Below, piece after piece: positions 10,531-21,634 of a DNA stretch of 64,000 bases (the first letter of the stretch is position 1; the number at the start of each line of letters is the position of its first letter). Made by a program: the position numbers and the translations under genes. The DNA lies in the NCBI GenBank assembly GCA_902595065.1, contig CACJOM010000001.1:67463-131462 (forward strand), given 5' to 3'. The stretch is from an uncultured SAR86 cluster bacterium (GTDB lineage: Bacteria; Pseudomonadota; Gammaproteobacteria; Magnimaribacterales; D2472). The notes below the pieces were generated by a model that was not told where the DNA came from, did not search any database, and was given only the letters and a program-made list of their open reading frames with translations.

Positions 10531-11795
10531 AGCTTTTGGCATTAGTTGATTGTGATAACTTTTATGCCTCATGCGAGAGAGTATTTCGACCTGATTTAAA
10601 AAAAACACCTATTGTTGTACTGTCCAATAATGACGGATGTGTGATTGCCAGAAGTAAAGAAGCCAAAGCCATGGGCATAAAAATGGGCGTTCCTTGGTTT
10701 CAAGTGAAAGAAGCATATTTAGCTCAAGGAGGTAAAGTATTTTCATCTAACTTTGCCCTGTATGGGGATTTATCCAAAAGAGTTATGAATATTCTCGATG
10801 GGATGGTCAAAAGAATTGAGATTTATAGTATTGATGAAGCATTTTTAGACTTGCAACATATACAAAACAAAAATCAAGCATATGAGTTTGGCGTTTATTG
10901 TCGCAATACTATACGGCAATGGGTTGGCATACCGGTACGCATTGGAATTGCACCCACTAAAACTCTCACCAAAGTTGCAAGTCATATTGCAAAAAATACA
11001 AATGATGGTACAGGAGTCTGCTGCCTAAATAAGCAAAAGGACATCTTTCATATTCTTCAAGCACTGCCTATTAGAGAAATTTGGGGGATTGGTCACAACC
11101 TCTCTAAACAACTTAATCAATTAGGCATATATTCAGCCTATGAATTAGCGCAAATGGATATTAGATTTATCAGAAAAAAATTTAGCGTTGTGTTGGAACG
11201 CACAGTTAGAGAATTAAGAGGAGAACCATGCATCCAAATAGATGATCATTCTGAGCCAAAGAAACAAATTGTTGTAAGTCGAAGCTTTAGAGACAGAATT
11301 GAAAGCTTGAGCGAACTTAAAGCACTCATTAGTAATTTTGCTGTTCGTGCAGGAGAAAAACTTAGGCATGAAAAACAAAAATGCTCTCAAGTCTCAGTAT
11401 TTATTTCTACCAGCAGGTTTAATAAGAAGCTGCAATATCGTGGATTTGATAGCTTTCAATTCCCTTGCCCAATAGATGACACAAGAAGCATTCTAATGGG
11501 TGCAAACAAAGTATTAAATACAATCTTTAAACACGGTTATCCTTACGCAAAAGCAGGGATATTGCTAAGTCAATTTTCACATCCAGCATTTATTCAAAAA
11601 TCTCTTTTCGAGGCAACAGATCAGCTACGCTTAAAACAAGATGCAAATTTAATGCAAACTATAGATGAGCTCAACAGCATTCATACGCAAATTTACTATG
11701 CATCGCAATGTTCTGGAGGGCTATCACCCATACAAAAAAAAATGGTATCGCCTAAATACACAACAAACTGGTGGGAATTACCAACAACTAAGTAG
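10527..11795 (+). CDS. umuC: DNA polymerase V subunit UmuC (Y family)
   Basis: LVDCDNFYASCE, SNNDGC, YSIDEAF, C-terminal SPKYTT-W; coupled to umuD. Confidence 0.95.
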   Translation: MKLLALVDCDNFYASCERVFRPDLKKTPIVVLSNNDGCVIARSKEAKAMGIKMGVPWFQVKEAYLAQGGKVFSSNFALYGDLSKRVMNILDGMVKRIEIYSIDEAFLDLQHIQNKNQAYEFGVYCRNTIRQWVGIPVRIGIAPTKTLTKVASHIAKNTNDGTGVCCLNKQKDIFHILQALPIREIWGIGHNLSKQLNQLGIYSAYELAQMDIRFIRKKFSVVLERTVRELRGEPCIQIDDHSEPKKQIVVSRSFRDRIESLSELKALISNFAVRAGEKLRHEKQKCSQVSVFISTSRFNKKLQYRGFDSFQFPCPIDDTRSILMGANKVLNTIFKHGYPYAKAGILLSQFSHPAFIQKSLFEATDQLRLKQDANLMQTIDELNSIHTQIYYASQCSGGLSPIQKKMVSPKYTTNWWELPTTK

Positions 11796-12222
11796 AAAAA
11801 TATCTGTCATAGTGAGCTTCAGAAAGCTCTAAAAATTCTGAGTAAATCTGCTCTTTAAGCTCAGCAAGATTTATATTTACATGACAAATAATTCCAAATT
11901 GACGCAAGTCTAATTCTTGTGAGCCAGCGGCTCGGAGAAGATCGAAGATCCAGGTCATCGGATCTAAAGAATCATTAAAGTTTATTCCTTGATCATTTAA
12001 TCGAGTTGCTAGAAGCTCAGCATCTGAAACAGAGAATCTATCCTTTAAAACAGTTAGCTTAAAACTTTCAAGCCGAGAATTAACTAACTCCTTTTCTGGG
12101 ACAGCATACTTGTTCCAATTAATAACCTCATGAACAAAGCGCTTACAGCCCTTGCATACATTATCACCATAAGTTGTTGAGCATATTCCAAGACATGGTG
12201 TAGAGGCTTTGTTTTTCTTCAT
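11788..12222 (-). CDS. DUF1289-type Cys-motif protein
   Basis: N-terminal TPCLGICSTTYGDNVCKGCKR-EV-W; divergent from acnB. Confidence 0.75.
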   Translation of the reverse strand: MKKNKASTPCLGICSTTYGDNVCKGCKRFVHEVINWNKYAVPEKELVNSRLESFKLTVLKDRFSVSDAELLATRLNDQGINFNDSLDPMTWIFDLLRAAGSQELDLRQFGIICHVNINLAELKEQIYSEFLELSEAHYDRYFST

Positions 12223-12277
12223 AGACTGGATAATACATTATTTAATACTAGGAAATACAAAGAAACAAAGAATGGGC

Positions 12278-12306
12278 TTGGGGATTTGAAGATACCGCAG
12301 TAAAAT
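12278..12306 (+). promoter_or_regulatory. Candidate sigma70 promoter of acnB
   Basis: TTGGGG-N17-TAAAAT followed by a GGAG Shine-Dalgarno before ATG 12327. Confidence 0.5.
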
Positions 12307-12326
12307 GACGACCCAGGGAGAAAATT

Positions 12327-14906
12327 ATGCTTCAAGATTACAAAAAACATTGTGAAGAAAGGGAAAAACAATCAATACCGCCTCTGCCCCTTTCTGCCCA
12401 ACAAACATCCGATCTAGTTGAGCTACTGAAAGCAGAACATAAAGAATCAGAATTATTGATGGAACTTTTAAAAGAAAGAGTGCCTGCAGGTGTAGATCAA
12501 GCAGCCTATGTAAAAGCTGGATTCTTAGCGGACATTACAACAGGCGAAACAAGCAGCCCTTATATCTCTAAAAAAGAAGCTGTAATGATTTTGGGAACAA
12601 TGCTTGGCGGCTATAACATTCAGCCTTTGATAAGGTGTTTAGAAAGCGATGAATTAGGTGAAGAAGCAGCGACTGCTTTGAGTAAGACTTTATTAATATT
12701 TGATGCATTTAATGAGGTGCTAGCCCTTTCAGAAACAAATAAAAATGCAAAAACTGTTATTGATGCATGGGCTGAGGGTTTATGGTTTACGGAAAAACAA
12801 GAAATCGCAGAGCAGATCAAACTAACTGTCTATAAGGTGCCAGGTGAAATTAATACAGACGACTTGTCTCCAGCAACTGATGCTTGGTCTAGACCAGATA
12901 TTCCATTGCATGCATTAGCAATGTTTAAAATGCCTAGAGAAGGTCTAGACAGACCTCTTGAAACAATCGAAGACTTAAAGAAAAAAGGAAATCCATTAGT
13001 CTTTGTTGGGGACGTGGTAGGAACTGGTTCATCGCGAAAGTCAGCAACTAACTCTGTACTTTGGCACATGGGCGATGAAATCCCATGCATTCCCAATAAA
13101 AAAGAAGGCGGCTTTTGTTTTGGCGGAAAGATTGCCCCTATTTTTTTTAATACTCTTGAGGATTCTGGCGCATTTCCAGTTGAGTGTGATGTCTCTAAAT
13201 TAAATATGGGACAAGAAATCATATTTGAACCATTTAATGGAAAAATCTTAGATGCAAACAGCGGTGAAATTTTATCTACATTTGAACTTAAAACACCTGT
13301 GATTCTCGATGAGGTTCGGGCAAATGGTCGTATTCCATTAATTATTGGAAGGCAATTAACAGATAAAACCAGAGAGGCTCTAGGCTTAGAGCCAACTGAT
13401 ATATTCACTAGGCCGGATGCTGAAGATACTTCAGATAAAGGCTTTACGCTGGCTCAAAAAATGGTTGGTAAAGCATGTGGAGTAAAAGGAGTGAGGCCTG
13501 GAACATATTGTGAGCCAAGAATGACAACTGTAGGATCGCAAGATACAACCGGGCCAATGACCAGAGATGAGTTAAAGGAATTAGCTTGTTTGGGATTTTC
13601 AGCAGACTTGGTAATGCAATCCTTTTGTCACACAGCTGCATACCCCAAACCAGTAGACATAGATACACAGCATACATTGCCTGACTTTATTATGAATCGA
13701 GGTGGTGTATCTCTAAAACCAGGTGATGGCATTATTCATTCCTGGTTAAATAGAATGTTGCTCCCAGATGGGGTGGGAACTGGCGGAGATAGTCATACAA
13801 GATTTCCATTAGGCATAAGTTTTCCAGCTGGATCAGGATTGGTGGCTTTTGCTGCCGCCCTTGGTGTTATGCCGCTGGATATGCCTGAATCAGTTCTTGT
13901 AAGATTTAAAGGAGAAATGCAGCCAGGTATTACTCTAAGAGACTTAGTCAATGCTATTCCATATGCTGCAATTCAAAAAGGTCTTTTGACTGTTGCAAAA
14001 GAAGGCAAGAAGAATATATTTTCCGGCCGCTGTCTTGAAATAGAAGGTTTGCCAGACTTAAAAGTGGAACAAGCATTTGAATTGTCCGATGCATCTGCTG
14101 AAAGATCTGCATCAGGATGCACAGTTCGATTAAACAAAGAGCCAATTATAGAGTACTTAAAATCTAATATTGTGATGCTTAGGTGGATGATTGGCAGTGG
14201 TTATGGTGATGCTAAAACTTTGGAGAGAAGAGCTCAAGCAATGGAAGAATGGATTGCAAACCCCGAATTACTAGAACCAGATGAAAATGCCGAATACGCA
14301 GAAGTAATTGAAATTGACCTTAACAAAATTACAGAGCCCCTTCTAGCATGTCCAAATGATCCTGATGACATTAAACCTCTATCAGAAGTCGCAGAGACAA
14401 GTATTGATGAAGTCTTTATTGGATCATGTATGACAAATATTGGTCACTTTAGAGCCGCGGGTCATCTGCTTAAAAAATATAATGGAACAAAGGCAAGATT
14501 ATGGGTTGTTCCACCTACCAAGATGGATGAGAAACAATTAATGGAAGAAGGTATTTACAATGTCTTCGGAACATCTGGTGCAAGAACAGAATTACCTGGT
14601 TGCTCTCTTTGTATGGGTAATCAAGCTAGAGTTCTTGCAAATTCCACAGTTGTCTCAACCTCCACAAGAAATTTTCCTAATAGACTGGGTGATGGAGCCG
14701 ATGTATTTCTAGCTTCAGCAGAACTTGCTGCGATTGCTTCTGTGCTTGGCAAGCTTCCTTCACCAGAAGAATATTTAAAATACATGGAAGAGATTAACCC
14801 ACTGGCTGATGATATATATAGGTATTTAAATTTTAATGAAATAGATCAATATGTTGAAAGCGCAAATACAGCTGACATTCCTGCTGTAAATATCGTAAGT
14901 ACCTAG
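12327..14906 (+). CDS. acnB: Aconitate hydratase B / 2-methylisocitrate dehydratase
   Basis: N-terminal HEAT domain ([12 protein letters not shown]), GSSRKSA, DSHTR, cluster Cys in LACPNDP and GCSLCMGN. Confidence 0.98.
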   Translation: MLQDYKKHCEEREKQSIPPLPLSAQQTSDLVELLKAEHKESELLMELLKERVPAGVDQAAYVKAGFLADITTGETSSPYISKKEAVMILGTMLGGYNIQPLIRCLESDELGEEAATALSKTLLIFDAFNEVLALSETNKNAKTVIDAWAEGLWFTEKQEIAEQIKLTVYKVPGEINTDDLSPATDAWSRPDIPLHALAMFKMPREGLDRPLETIEDLKKKGNPLVFVGDVVGTGSSRKSATNSVLWHMGDEIPCIPNKKEGGFCFGGKIAPIFFNTLEDSGAFPVECDVSKLNMGQEIIFEPFNGKILDANSGEILSTFELKTPVILDEVRANGRIPLIIGRQLTDKTREALGLEPTDIFTRPDAEDTSDKGFTLAQKMVGKACGVKGVRPGTYCEPRMTTVGSQDTTGPMTRDELKELACLGFSADLVMQSFCHTAAYPKPVDIDTQHTLPDFIMNRGGVSLKPGDGIIHSWLNRMLLPDGVGTGGDSHTRFPLGISFPAGSGLVAFAAALGVMPLDMPESVLVRFKGEMQPGITLRDLVNAIPYAAIQKGLLTVAKEGKKNIFSGRCLEIEGLPDLKVEQAFELSDASAERSASGCTVRLNKEPIIEYLKSNIVMLRWMIGSGYGDAKTLERRAQAMEEWIANPELLEPDENAEYAEVIEIDLNKITEPLLACPNDPDDIKPLSEVAETSIDEVFIGSCMTNIGHFRAAGHLLKKYNGTKARLWVVPPTKMDEKQLMEEGIYNVFGTSGARTELPGCSLCMGNQARVLANSTVVSTSTRNFPNRLGDGADVFLASAELAAIASVLGKLPSPEEYLKYMEEINPLADDIYRYLNFNEIDQYVESANTADIPAVNIVST

Positions 14907-16384
14907 TTAGACTTTTCTCTGGCAACTTTTTGGTCATCCCTTCGAGATAACTCAAGATCTTCAAGGTAATCTGAACTAATTGATGTTGGGTATTCACCAT
15001 TGAAAATAGATATTTCAAATTGTTTAATAGCAGGATTACCCTCTTGGGCAGACGCAATTAAGTCATCTAAATCTTGATAAATAAGCCAATCAGCACCAAT
15101 TTCTTTTGCAACCTCTTCATCAGTCCTTCCAGAAGCAACTAACTCATTTGTTGCTGCCATATCGATACCATAAAGATTTTGAAACTTTACAGGCGGGGCT
15201 GCAGATGAGAAGTAAACTTTATTTGCACCAGCTTCTTTGGCCATTTCAATAATTCTTTTGCTAGTTGTACCTCTAACAATGGAATCGTCAACTAAGAGTA
15301 CATTTTTTCCTTTAAACTCAAGGTCTAAAATATTTAACTTACGTCTAACTGATTTTTTTCTCTCTTCCTGATTTGGCATAATAAAAGTTCTACCAACATA
15401 CCTATTTTTAACAAATCCTTGCCTATAGGGAAGCTTTAATGCTGCTGCAAGTTGTAGCGCAGCTGTTGTAGAGCTATCAGGTATTGGAATTACAACATCT
15501 ATATCATGCTCAGGATTTAGTTTAAGAATTTTTTTTGCCAACTTCTGCCCCATTCTCATTCTTGCTTTATACACAGAAATTTCATCCAAAATAGAATCAG
15601 GTCGAGCTAAATAAACATATTCAAAGATGCAAGGAGTTGGTTCAGCATTTTCAGAGCACTGATCACTATGTAAATTTCCATCAACATCTATATAAACAGC
15701 CTCTCCGGGATGTACGTCTCTTAATGTTTTAAAACCTAAAGCAGAGAAAGAAGCATTTTCAGATGCCACAATATATTCTTTTTTGGATGGGCCATCTTTC
15801 ACACCAATTACTAATGGGCGAATACCACGCGGATCTCTAAAGGCAAGCAACCCAAAACCAGTAATCAAAGCAACTACTGCATAGGCTCCTTGACACCTGA
15901 TGTGTGTTTTTCTAACTGCTTTAAAAAAATGCTTTTTAGAAGGAAGAATTGCTCTTTGCTTTCCGAGCTCATGGGCAAAGATATTTAGGAGAACTTCTGA
16001 ATCTGAATCAGTGTTGAGATGACGCATTTCAGCATGAAATAATTCACGTGCCAGAACTTTAGAGTTTGTTAAGTTCCCATTGTGAGCAAGACTAATGCCG
16101 TATGGAGAATTAACATACATTGGTTGAGCAAACTCTTTGCCAGCGCCGCCTGCAGTTGGATATCGCACATGGCCAATTCCATAATTACCGAGCAATTTAT
16201 TCATATGTCTCTGCTGAAATGTATCTCTAACGTAGCCCATTGACTTGCGACTATTTAATCTTCCAGCGTCATCGCAAACTACCATTCCAGCTGCGTCTTG
16301 ACCTCTATGCTGAAGCATTAACAGGGAATCATAGATTGAACTGGCTACATGAGATTCAGAATATATACCAACTATTCCACACAT
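14903..16384 (-). CDS. purF: Amidophosphoribosyltransferase
   Basis: N-terminal [17 protein letters not shown] loop [10 protein letters not shown]. Confidence 0.98.
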   Translation of the reverse strand: MCGIVGIYSESHVASSIYDSLLMLQHRGQDAAGMVVCDDAGRLNSRKSMGYVRDTFQQRHMNKLLGNYGIGHVRYPTAGGAGKEFAQPMYVNSPYGISLAHNGNLTNSKVLARELFHAEMRHLNTDSDSEVLLNIFAHELGKQRAILPSKKHFFKAVRKTHIRCQGAYAVVALITGFGLLAFRDPRGIRPLVIGVKDGPSKKEYIVASENASFSALGFKTLRDVHPGEAVYIDVDGNLHSDQCSENAEPTPCIFEYVYLARPDSILDEISVYKARMRMGQKLAKKILKLNPEHDIDVVIPIPDSSTTAALQLAAALKLPYRQGFVKNRYVGRTFIMPNQEERKKSVRRKLNILDLEFKGKNVLLVDDSIVRGTTSKRIIEMAKEAGANKVYFSSAAPPVKFQNLYGIDMAATNELVASGRTDEEVAKEIGADWLIYQDLDDLIASAQEGNPAIKQFEISIFNGEYPTSISSDYLEDLELSRRDDQKVAREKSN

Positions 16385-16923
16385 TATGTTGTCTCGTAAA
16401 TTGTGCTGATATTAGACTTAAGCATAACTGAATTTTTCTCTGAGATCATACTTTTAAAAAATTTTTCAGCCATAGGTGCATATCTTTTTAAGTATGTTGA
16501 GCTGTGAGACTCTGAAATAAATTTAGATTGCTTGAATTCAGTTGGTAAAACTAGATAAATAACTACAATTAGAAGCATGCCTCTAAAAAATCCAAACAAC
16601 ACTCCTAAAAGTCTATCCAATCCTCCCATACCTGACCAATGCACAAGACCTCGAAGCAATTTTATTAATAAGCCTCCTAAAAAGATCATGCCAACAAAAA
16701 CAGAGATGATTGTAAGAATTCTTCTGATCTCAGCATTATCAATATAGTCAACAAAATATGGATCTAGATACACGTTTAAAAACATTGCTGCTGCAAAGGC
16801 AATAACCCACAACAAAAGAGATAAAGCTTCTTGCACAAAGCCTCGAAAAAATGCAATCAGACCAGAAAGCGCAATGATCCCAATGATAAGATAGTCGAAA
16901 TGAGCTAAAGCTAGGGATTCCAA
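16384..16923 (-). CDS. cvpA: Colicin V production membrane protein
   Basis: RGFVQEALSL and DRLLG-LFG-FRG; lies between dedD and purF. Confidence 0.9.
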   Translation of the reverse strand: MESLALAHFDYLIIGIIALSGLIAFFRGFVQEALSLLLWVIAFAAAMFLNVYLDPYFVDYIDNAEIRRILTIISVFVGMIFLGGLLIKLLRGLVHWSGMGGLDRLLGVLFGFFRGMLLIVVIYLVLPTEFKQSKFISESHSSTYLKRYAPMAEKFFKSMISEKNSVMLKSNISTIYETT

Positions 16924-17399
16924 GCCATAACCTCACCAGCTTCTATGCCGGCAATTTTATTAAGTATTTCTTGATTATCCTTTATATCATTTTGGTTAGC
17001 AAAAGGTCCCACCAAAACATTAGTAAGATTTATGTTTGATTTATTCTGTTCAGTGAAGGCTGGAAAACCTGCATCATTATAGGATTTCACTACATTAGAA
17101 ATGGTAGTAGAAGATCCAAAAGCGCCAATTTTATAAACATATAAATTGAAGTCAATCTTATCTACTTTTTCCTTCGCAGAGGGAAGCGTATCTTTTACGT
17201 CAATATCTATGAAGTTATTCTTGACCTCATTTAATTCTATTTTTTGCAGCTGTTTTTGATCGATTGAGGGTTCTGGAAGTTTGGGGATATTAATATTAAT
17301 ATTTTTTTGATACTTAGGCTGAGGTGAAAGAGCAAAAACTAAGATCCAAACAAGCACAGTGATAGCAATAAAAATTCCAAGCAAACGGTTAATGTTCAT
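16911..17399 (-). CDS. dedD: SPOR-domain cell division protein (DedD-like)
   Basis: N-terminal TM, linker, SPOR-like IGAF...VLVGPF; canonical position upstream of cvpA. Confidence 0.75.
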   Translation of the reverse strand: MNINRLLGIFIAITVLVWILVFALSPQPKYQKNININIPKLPEPSIDQKQLQKIELNEVKNNFIDIDVKDTLPSAKEKVDKIDFNLYVYKIGAFGSSTTISNVVKSYNDAGFPAFTEQNKSNINLTNVLVGPFANQNDIKDNQEILNKIAGIEAGEVMAWNP

Positions 17400-18256
17400 T
17401 GTGTGGGATATAACTTTGATAAAATACTAGATACCTTTGCTCTTAAATCTCTTCTATGAACTATCATATCGATCGCGCCATGCTCTAGGAGAAACTCTGA
17501 TTTTTGGAAGCCCTCTGGAAGATCTACCCTAACTGTTTGCTCAATAACCCTTCTACCTGCAAATCCAACCAATGCTTTAGGTTCAGCTATATTTATATCT
17601 CCAAGCATAGCTATGCTGGCTGAAACCCCTCCATAGATAGGATCAATCATTACCGAAATATATGGTAATTTTGATTCTTTAAGTTTCTCTAATGCTGCCG
17701 AAGTTTTTGCCATTTGCATCAATGAAACCATAGATTCTTGCATCCTGGCTCCTCCACTTGTAGAGAAGCATATCAATGGAGTTTTGTGCTCTATTGCTGC
17801 ATCAACTCCTTGAACAAATTTGGTTCCAACAGCCCCGCCCATAGACCCGCCCATGTAACGAAACTCGAAAGCTGCTGCTACAATTTCAGCTCCCTCCAGC
17901 TTACCTTTGCCAATAACAATTGCTTCTTCTTCGCCAGTGCTAGAAACAGCTTCTTTAATTCTCTGACTATATGACTTTGTATCTTTAAATTTAAGAATAT
18001 CTTTAGTTGTGATTTTAGTTGCAAGCTCTTGAAAACTACCTCCATCAAAGAAAATAGACATTCTTGTTCTGGCACCAATACGTAAATGATGATCACACTT
18101 TGGGCAAACAAATAGAGATTTTTCTAACTCAGGCTGATAAAGGATAGCTTCACATGCAGGGCAATTGTTCCAAAGACCATCAGGCACTTTGCTCTTAGAT
18201 GATTCTGAATCACGGTTTGAACCAATTGATGGAATTAATCTTGTAAGCCAATTCAT
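17396..18256 (-). CDS. accD: Acetyl-CoA carboxylase carboxyltransferase beta subunit
   Basis: CX2C...CX2C zinc finger, GGSMG, SGGARMQE. Confidence 0.98.
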   Translation of the reverse strand: MNWLTRLIPSIGSNRDSESSKSKVPDGLWNNCPACEAILYQPELEKSLFVCPKCDHHLRIGARTRMSIFFDGGSFQELATKITTKDILKFKDTKSYSQRIKEAVSSTGEEEAIVIGKGKLEGAEIVAAAFEFRYMGGSMGGAVGTKFVQGVDAAIEHKTPLICFSTSGGARMQESMVSLMQMAKTSAALEKLKESKLPYISVMIDPIYGGVSASIAMLGDINIAEPKALVGFAGRRVIEQTVRVDLPEGFQKSEFLLEHGAIDMIVHRRDLRAKVSSILSKLYPTQ

Positions 18257-19053
18257 CTATTTATTGCTTCAGATATTTCATGAAGATAATTATATATTTT
18301 TTTAAATTCTTTTTTGCTTGATTGCTGATGTATCATTTCAACTAGGCTTGAACCAATAACAATCCCATCTGATATTTTACTTAAATTAAAAGCATCATCA
18401 GGCGTTTTAATTCCAAAGCCAGCAAAAACTGGTAGCAGAGTTTGCAATTTTATGTAGTTTATATTTTCTTCTGCCTCACTAATATCTAAGTGAGATGATC
18501 CTGTGACGCCACGAAGAGTTACATAATATATAAAGCCTGAGCTTTTATTGCATATTTGAGAGATTCTTTCTTCACTTGTAGTGGGAGCTATTAATGATAT
18601 AGAGGCAAGATTTTTATTTTTTATACCAAGCTCCTCAAGGTCGATCTCACCAGGAAGATCTACAATTAAGACAGCATCCGTACCAGAAGTATGAGCTTTT
18701 TGTAAAGCTTGTGAATTAGCTAAAAAAGTGTTCATGTAGCCCATAAGAATAATTGGAGTTTTAGTGTCTTTTTCTCTAAATTTTTCTACAAGCTTAAAAA
18801 TATCAGATAGAGAAGTGTTGTTTTTTAAAGCCCTATCATGAGCTGCCTGAATAATTGGACCCTCTGCAATAGGATCTGTGAATGGAACTCCTACCTCAAG
18901 AATATCTACTCCAGCATTAACAAATCCATGCATAAGCTCCAATGTTGAGTCTAAACTTGGATCTCCTGCTACTAAATAAGCAACTAGTGCTTTTTTTTTG
19001 ACCTTATTTAATGAAAGGATCCTATCATCTAATCTAGTCAAGAGATATTCCAT
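18253..19053 (-). CDS. trpA: Tryptophan synthase alpha subunit (start probably ATG 19053 or TTG 19041, not 19101)
   Basis: [21 protein letters not shown]; follows trpB. Confidence 0.95.
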   Translation of the reverse strand: MEYLLTRLDDRILSLNKVKKKALVAYLVAGDPSLDSTLELMHGFVNAGVDILEVGVPFTDPIAEGPIIQAAHDRALKNNTSLSDIFKLVEKFREKDTKTPIILMGYMNTFLANSQALQKAHTSGTDAVLIVDLPGEIDLEELGIKNKNLASISLIAPTTSEERISQICNKSSGFIYYVTLRGVTGSSHLDISEAEENINYIKLQTLLPVFAGFGIKTPDDAFNLSKISDGIVIGSSLVEMIHQQSSKKEFKKIYNYLHEISEAINR

Positions 19054-20239
19054 CCATAGTAGCAACGGTATTGATATCTTTATCTCCTCTTCCGGAGACA
19101 TTAATTACAAGGTGTTGATTAGATTTATAATTTTTAGCAATGTGTTCCAGTGCTGCAAATGCGTGAGCAGTCTCCAAAGCCGGCATAATGCCCTCAAGTT
19201 TTGTTACCAAATGAAATGAACTTAAGACCTCTTCATCGTCAACAGCTATATATTTTGCTCTTCCAGAGTCTTTTAAATTTGAATGCTCTGGTCCAACTCC
19301 AGGATAATCCAAGCCAGCTGAAATAGAATGCGTATCTACTACTTGACCATTTTTGTCTTGCATAAGATAGCTCTTAGCTCCATGCAGAATACCCGGCTCA
19401 CCATCATTAAGAGGAGCTGCATGCTTGCCGCTCATCAAGCCGCTGCCAGCAGCTTCGACGCCAATTAATGCGACATTTGATTCTTCCAGGAAAGGATAAA
19501 AAATTCCCATTGCATTTGATCCACCTCCAACACATGCAACGATCGCATGAGGATATTGCTTAAATTGCTCCTTGGATTGCTTTCTTAACTCTCTTCCAAC
19601 AATGGCATTAAAATCTCTAACTATCATAGGATATGGATGAGGGCCTGTTACGCTGCCAATAATATAATAGGTATCCTCTATATTGGTTACCCAGTCTCTC
19701 ATTGCCTCATTTAATGCGTCTTTGAGCGTTGCAGTTCCAGAGTCCACTGCATGAACTTGCGCTCCAAGTAACTTAATTCTGTAAACGTTAAGAGATTGGC
19801 GTTTTACGTCTGCTGCACCCATGTAAATATGGCACTCAAGACCCAGTCTTGCTGCAACTGTTGCAGTTGCTACTCCATGCTGTCCAGCGCCTGTTTCAGC
19901 AATAATTCTTTTTTTGCCCATTGCTTTAGCAAGCAATATCTGCCCAACAGTATTATTAATTTTATGAGCGCCTGTATGATTGAGATCCTCTCTTTTAAGC
20001 CATATTTGAGGACCAGAATAGTGATCTGTTAATCTTTTTGCGAAATACAATGGAGACGGTCTTCCAACAAATTGGACCAAATCTTGATCAATTTCTTCAA
20101 TAAATTTTGGGTTATTCTTTAGTTTTGCATATGTTTCATCTAACTCTTTTAAAGCATGCATGAGTGTTTCGGGAACAAACTTCCCCCCATAGTCTCCAAA
20201 AAAACCATCAGAGTTTGGTAAATCAGTTAAATTATCCAT
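19034..20239 (-). CDS. trpB: Tryptophan synthase beta subunit
   Basis: HTGAHKINN (PLP Lys), [21 protein letters not shown]. Confidence 0.98.
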   Translation of the reverse strand: MDNLTDLPNSDGFFGDYGGKFVPETLMHALKELDETYAKLKNNPKFIEEIDQDLVQFVGRPSPLYFAKRLTDHYSGPQIWLKREDLNHTGAHKINNTVGQILLAKAMGKKRIIAETGAGQHGVATATVAARLGLECHIYMGAADVKRQSLNVYRIKLLGAQVHAVDSGTATLKDALNEAMRDWVTNIEDTYYIIGSVTGPHPYPMIVRDFNAIVGRELRKQSKEQFKQYPHAIVACVGGGSNAMGIFYPFLEESNVALIGVEAAGSGLMSGKHAAPLNDGEPGILHGAKSYLMQDKNGQVVDTHSISAGLDYPGVGPEHSNLKDSGRAKYIAVDDEEVLSSFHLVTKLEGIMPALETAHAFAALEHIAKNYKSNQHLVINVSGRGDKDINTVATMDGISLD

Positions 20240-20840
20240 CTTTAAAATTTTTAATTATCTTGTTCATCAAAGTTTTATCTTTTAGTGCGAGTGATGATTC
20301 TACCCCAGAGTTAACATCAATACACCAAGGATTCATTGAGACTGCCTCTTTTATATTCTCGGGATTAATTCCACCAGCTAGAACAAATTTTTTTTCAAGT
20401 GAGATTTTTTTAAGTAGGCTCCAATCAAATACTTTTCCAGTTCCACCATAAGTATCTTTTGAAAATGTTTCTAATAGAATGGCATCTGCAGAAGGGAAAT
20501 CATCAATTTTTATTAGTGATTGAGAGTCTTTAACTCTAATAGTTTTCCAAAATGATTGGTTAAATTGCTGGCAAAAACTATCTTCCTCATCACCATGAAA
20601 TTGTAATATTGGATTTTCAATACAAGTTGTAATCTTTGTAACCTCTTCGACTGATGGATTTACAAAAACAAAAACTGGCAAGGTGCTATGAAAGTTAAAA
20701 TTTCTTAAAGAAGCCAAGAAATTATCAGAAATTTTTCTAGGGCTTTCATTGGCCATAATGAATCCAACAAAATCAGCGCCTGTCTCACAAGCATGTTGCA
20801 ATATATCCATATCACATATTCCACAAATCTTTAATTTCAT
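20232..20840 (-). CDS. trpF: Phosphoribosylanthranilate isomerase
   Basis: [30 protein letters not shown]. Confidence 0.96.
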   Translation of the reverse strand: MKLKICGICDMDILQHACETGADFVGFIMANESPRKISDNFLASLRNFNFHSTLPVFVFVNPSVEEVTKITTCIENPILQFHGDEEDSFCQQFNQSFWKTIRVKDSQSLIKIDDFPSADAILLETFSKDTYGGTGKVFDWSLLKKISLEKKFVLAGGINPENIKEAVSMNPWCIDVNSGVESSLALKDKTLMNKIIKNFKDG

Positions 20841-21631
20841 CTTCTGGGATTGATTAAAAAACTTAGAGGATTGGCAACACTTTCTTTTGCATCTAAATTA
20901 ATCTTTTTATAAGCAGCACCAGTAAAAAAAAGTCCCTGAGCTTGAGCCGTCTTGCCTGCAATAGCTCTATCTTGAGCATTTAAAACAGTTTTCATATTTT
21001 TTCCAGAACCTTGAGAAATTTCTAGCAATGTGCCAACAATAATCCTCACCATATTATACAGGTAAGCATTTGCACAAAGACTAATGATGATAAAGTTGTC
21101 CTGTTGTTTGATATCAATACTTTGAAGAGTACGAACTGGATTTTTTGCAGTACATTTTGAACCTCTGAAGGAATTAAAATTATGCGTCCCAATTAAATCT
21201 GCAGCTTCAGCTCTCATAATTTCTATATTAATTTCATGCTTTTCCCAATAAATATAATCTCTTAGAAAAATTGGTTGAGCCTTACCAGTATAAATTACAT
21301 AAGTATAAGATCTTTCTATAGCATCAAACCTTGAATGAAAGTCATCTGGTGCTTTTTGGATTGACGATACTGCAATGTCATTTGGCAAATGAGAATTTAG
21401 ACCCTTAAGCCATTGGCTGGTTTCTCTGTGGTCTTGAGATGAAAAGTCAAAAATCTGTCTCGTTGCATGCACCCCAGCATCAGTTCGACCAGCATAATTA
21501 ATGCGCTCATTAAGCCTTCCAACAGATGAAATAGCTGACTCAAGATGATCTTGAACAGAGGATGAATTCTTTTGAGATTGAAATCCAGAATAATTGGAAC
21601 CATCGTACTGACAAACACCAACAAATCTCAC
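20837..21631 (-). CDS. truA: tRNA pseudouridine(38-40) synthase
   Basis: YDGSNYSGFQ, GRTDAGVHA, YLYNMVR. Confidence 0.97.
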   Translation of the reverse strand: MRFVGVCQYDGSNYSGFQSQKNSSSVQDHLESAISSVGRLNERINYAGRTDAGVHATRQIFDFSSQDHRETSQWLKGLNSHLPNDIAVSSIQKAPDDFHSRFDAIERSYTYVIYTGKAQPIFLRDYIYWEKHEINIEIMRAEAADLIGTHNFNSFRGSKCTAKNPVRTLQSIDIKQQDNFIIISLCANAYLYNMVRIIVGTLLEISQGSGKNMKTVLNAQDRAIAGKTAQAQGLFFTGAAYKKINLDAKESVANPLSFLINPRR

Positions 21632-21634
21632 AAT

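Noticed and set aside
12830-13408. 192-aa antisense ORF in acnB, and similar 60-140 aa ORFs inside other genes (28287, 45052, 58128, etc.)
   Set aside because: Fully nested in well-conserved genes, with no motifs or RBS; expected from codon bias on the opposite strand.
19054-19101. Upstream start for trpA
   Set aside because: It lies within trpB; TrpA homology begins around TRLDD, so a start at 19053 or 19041 is more plausible.
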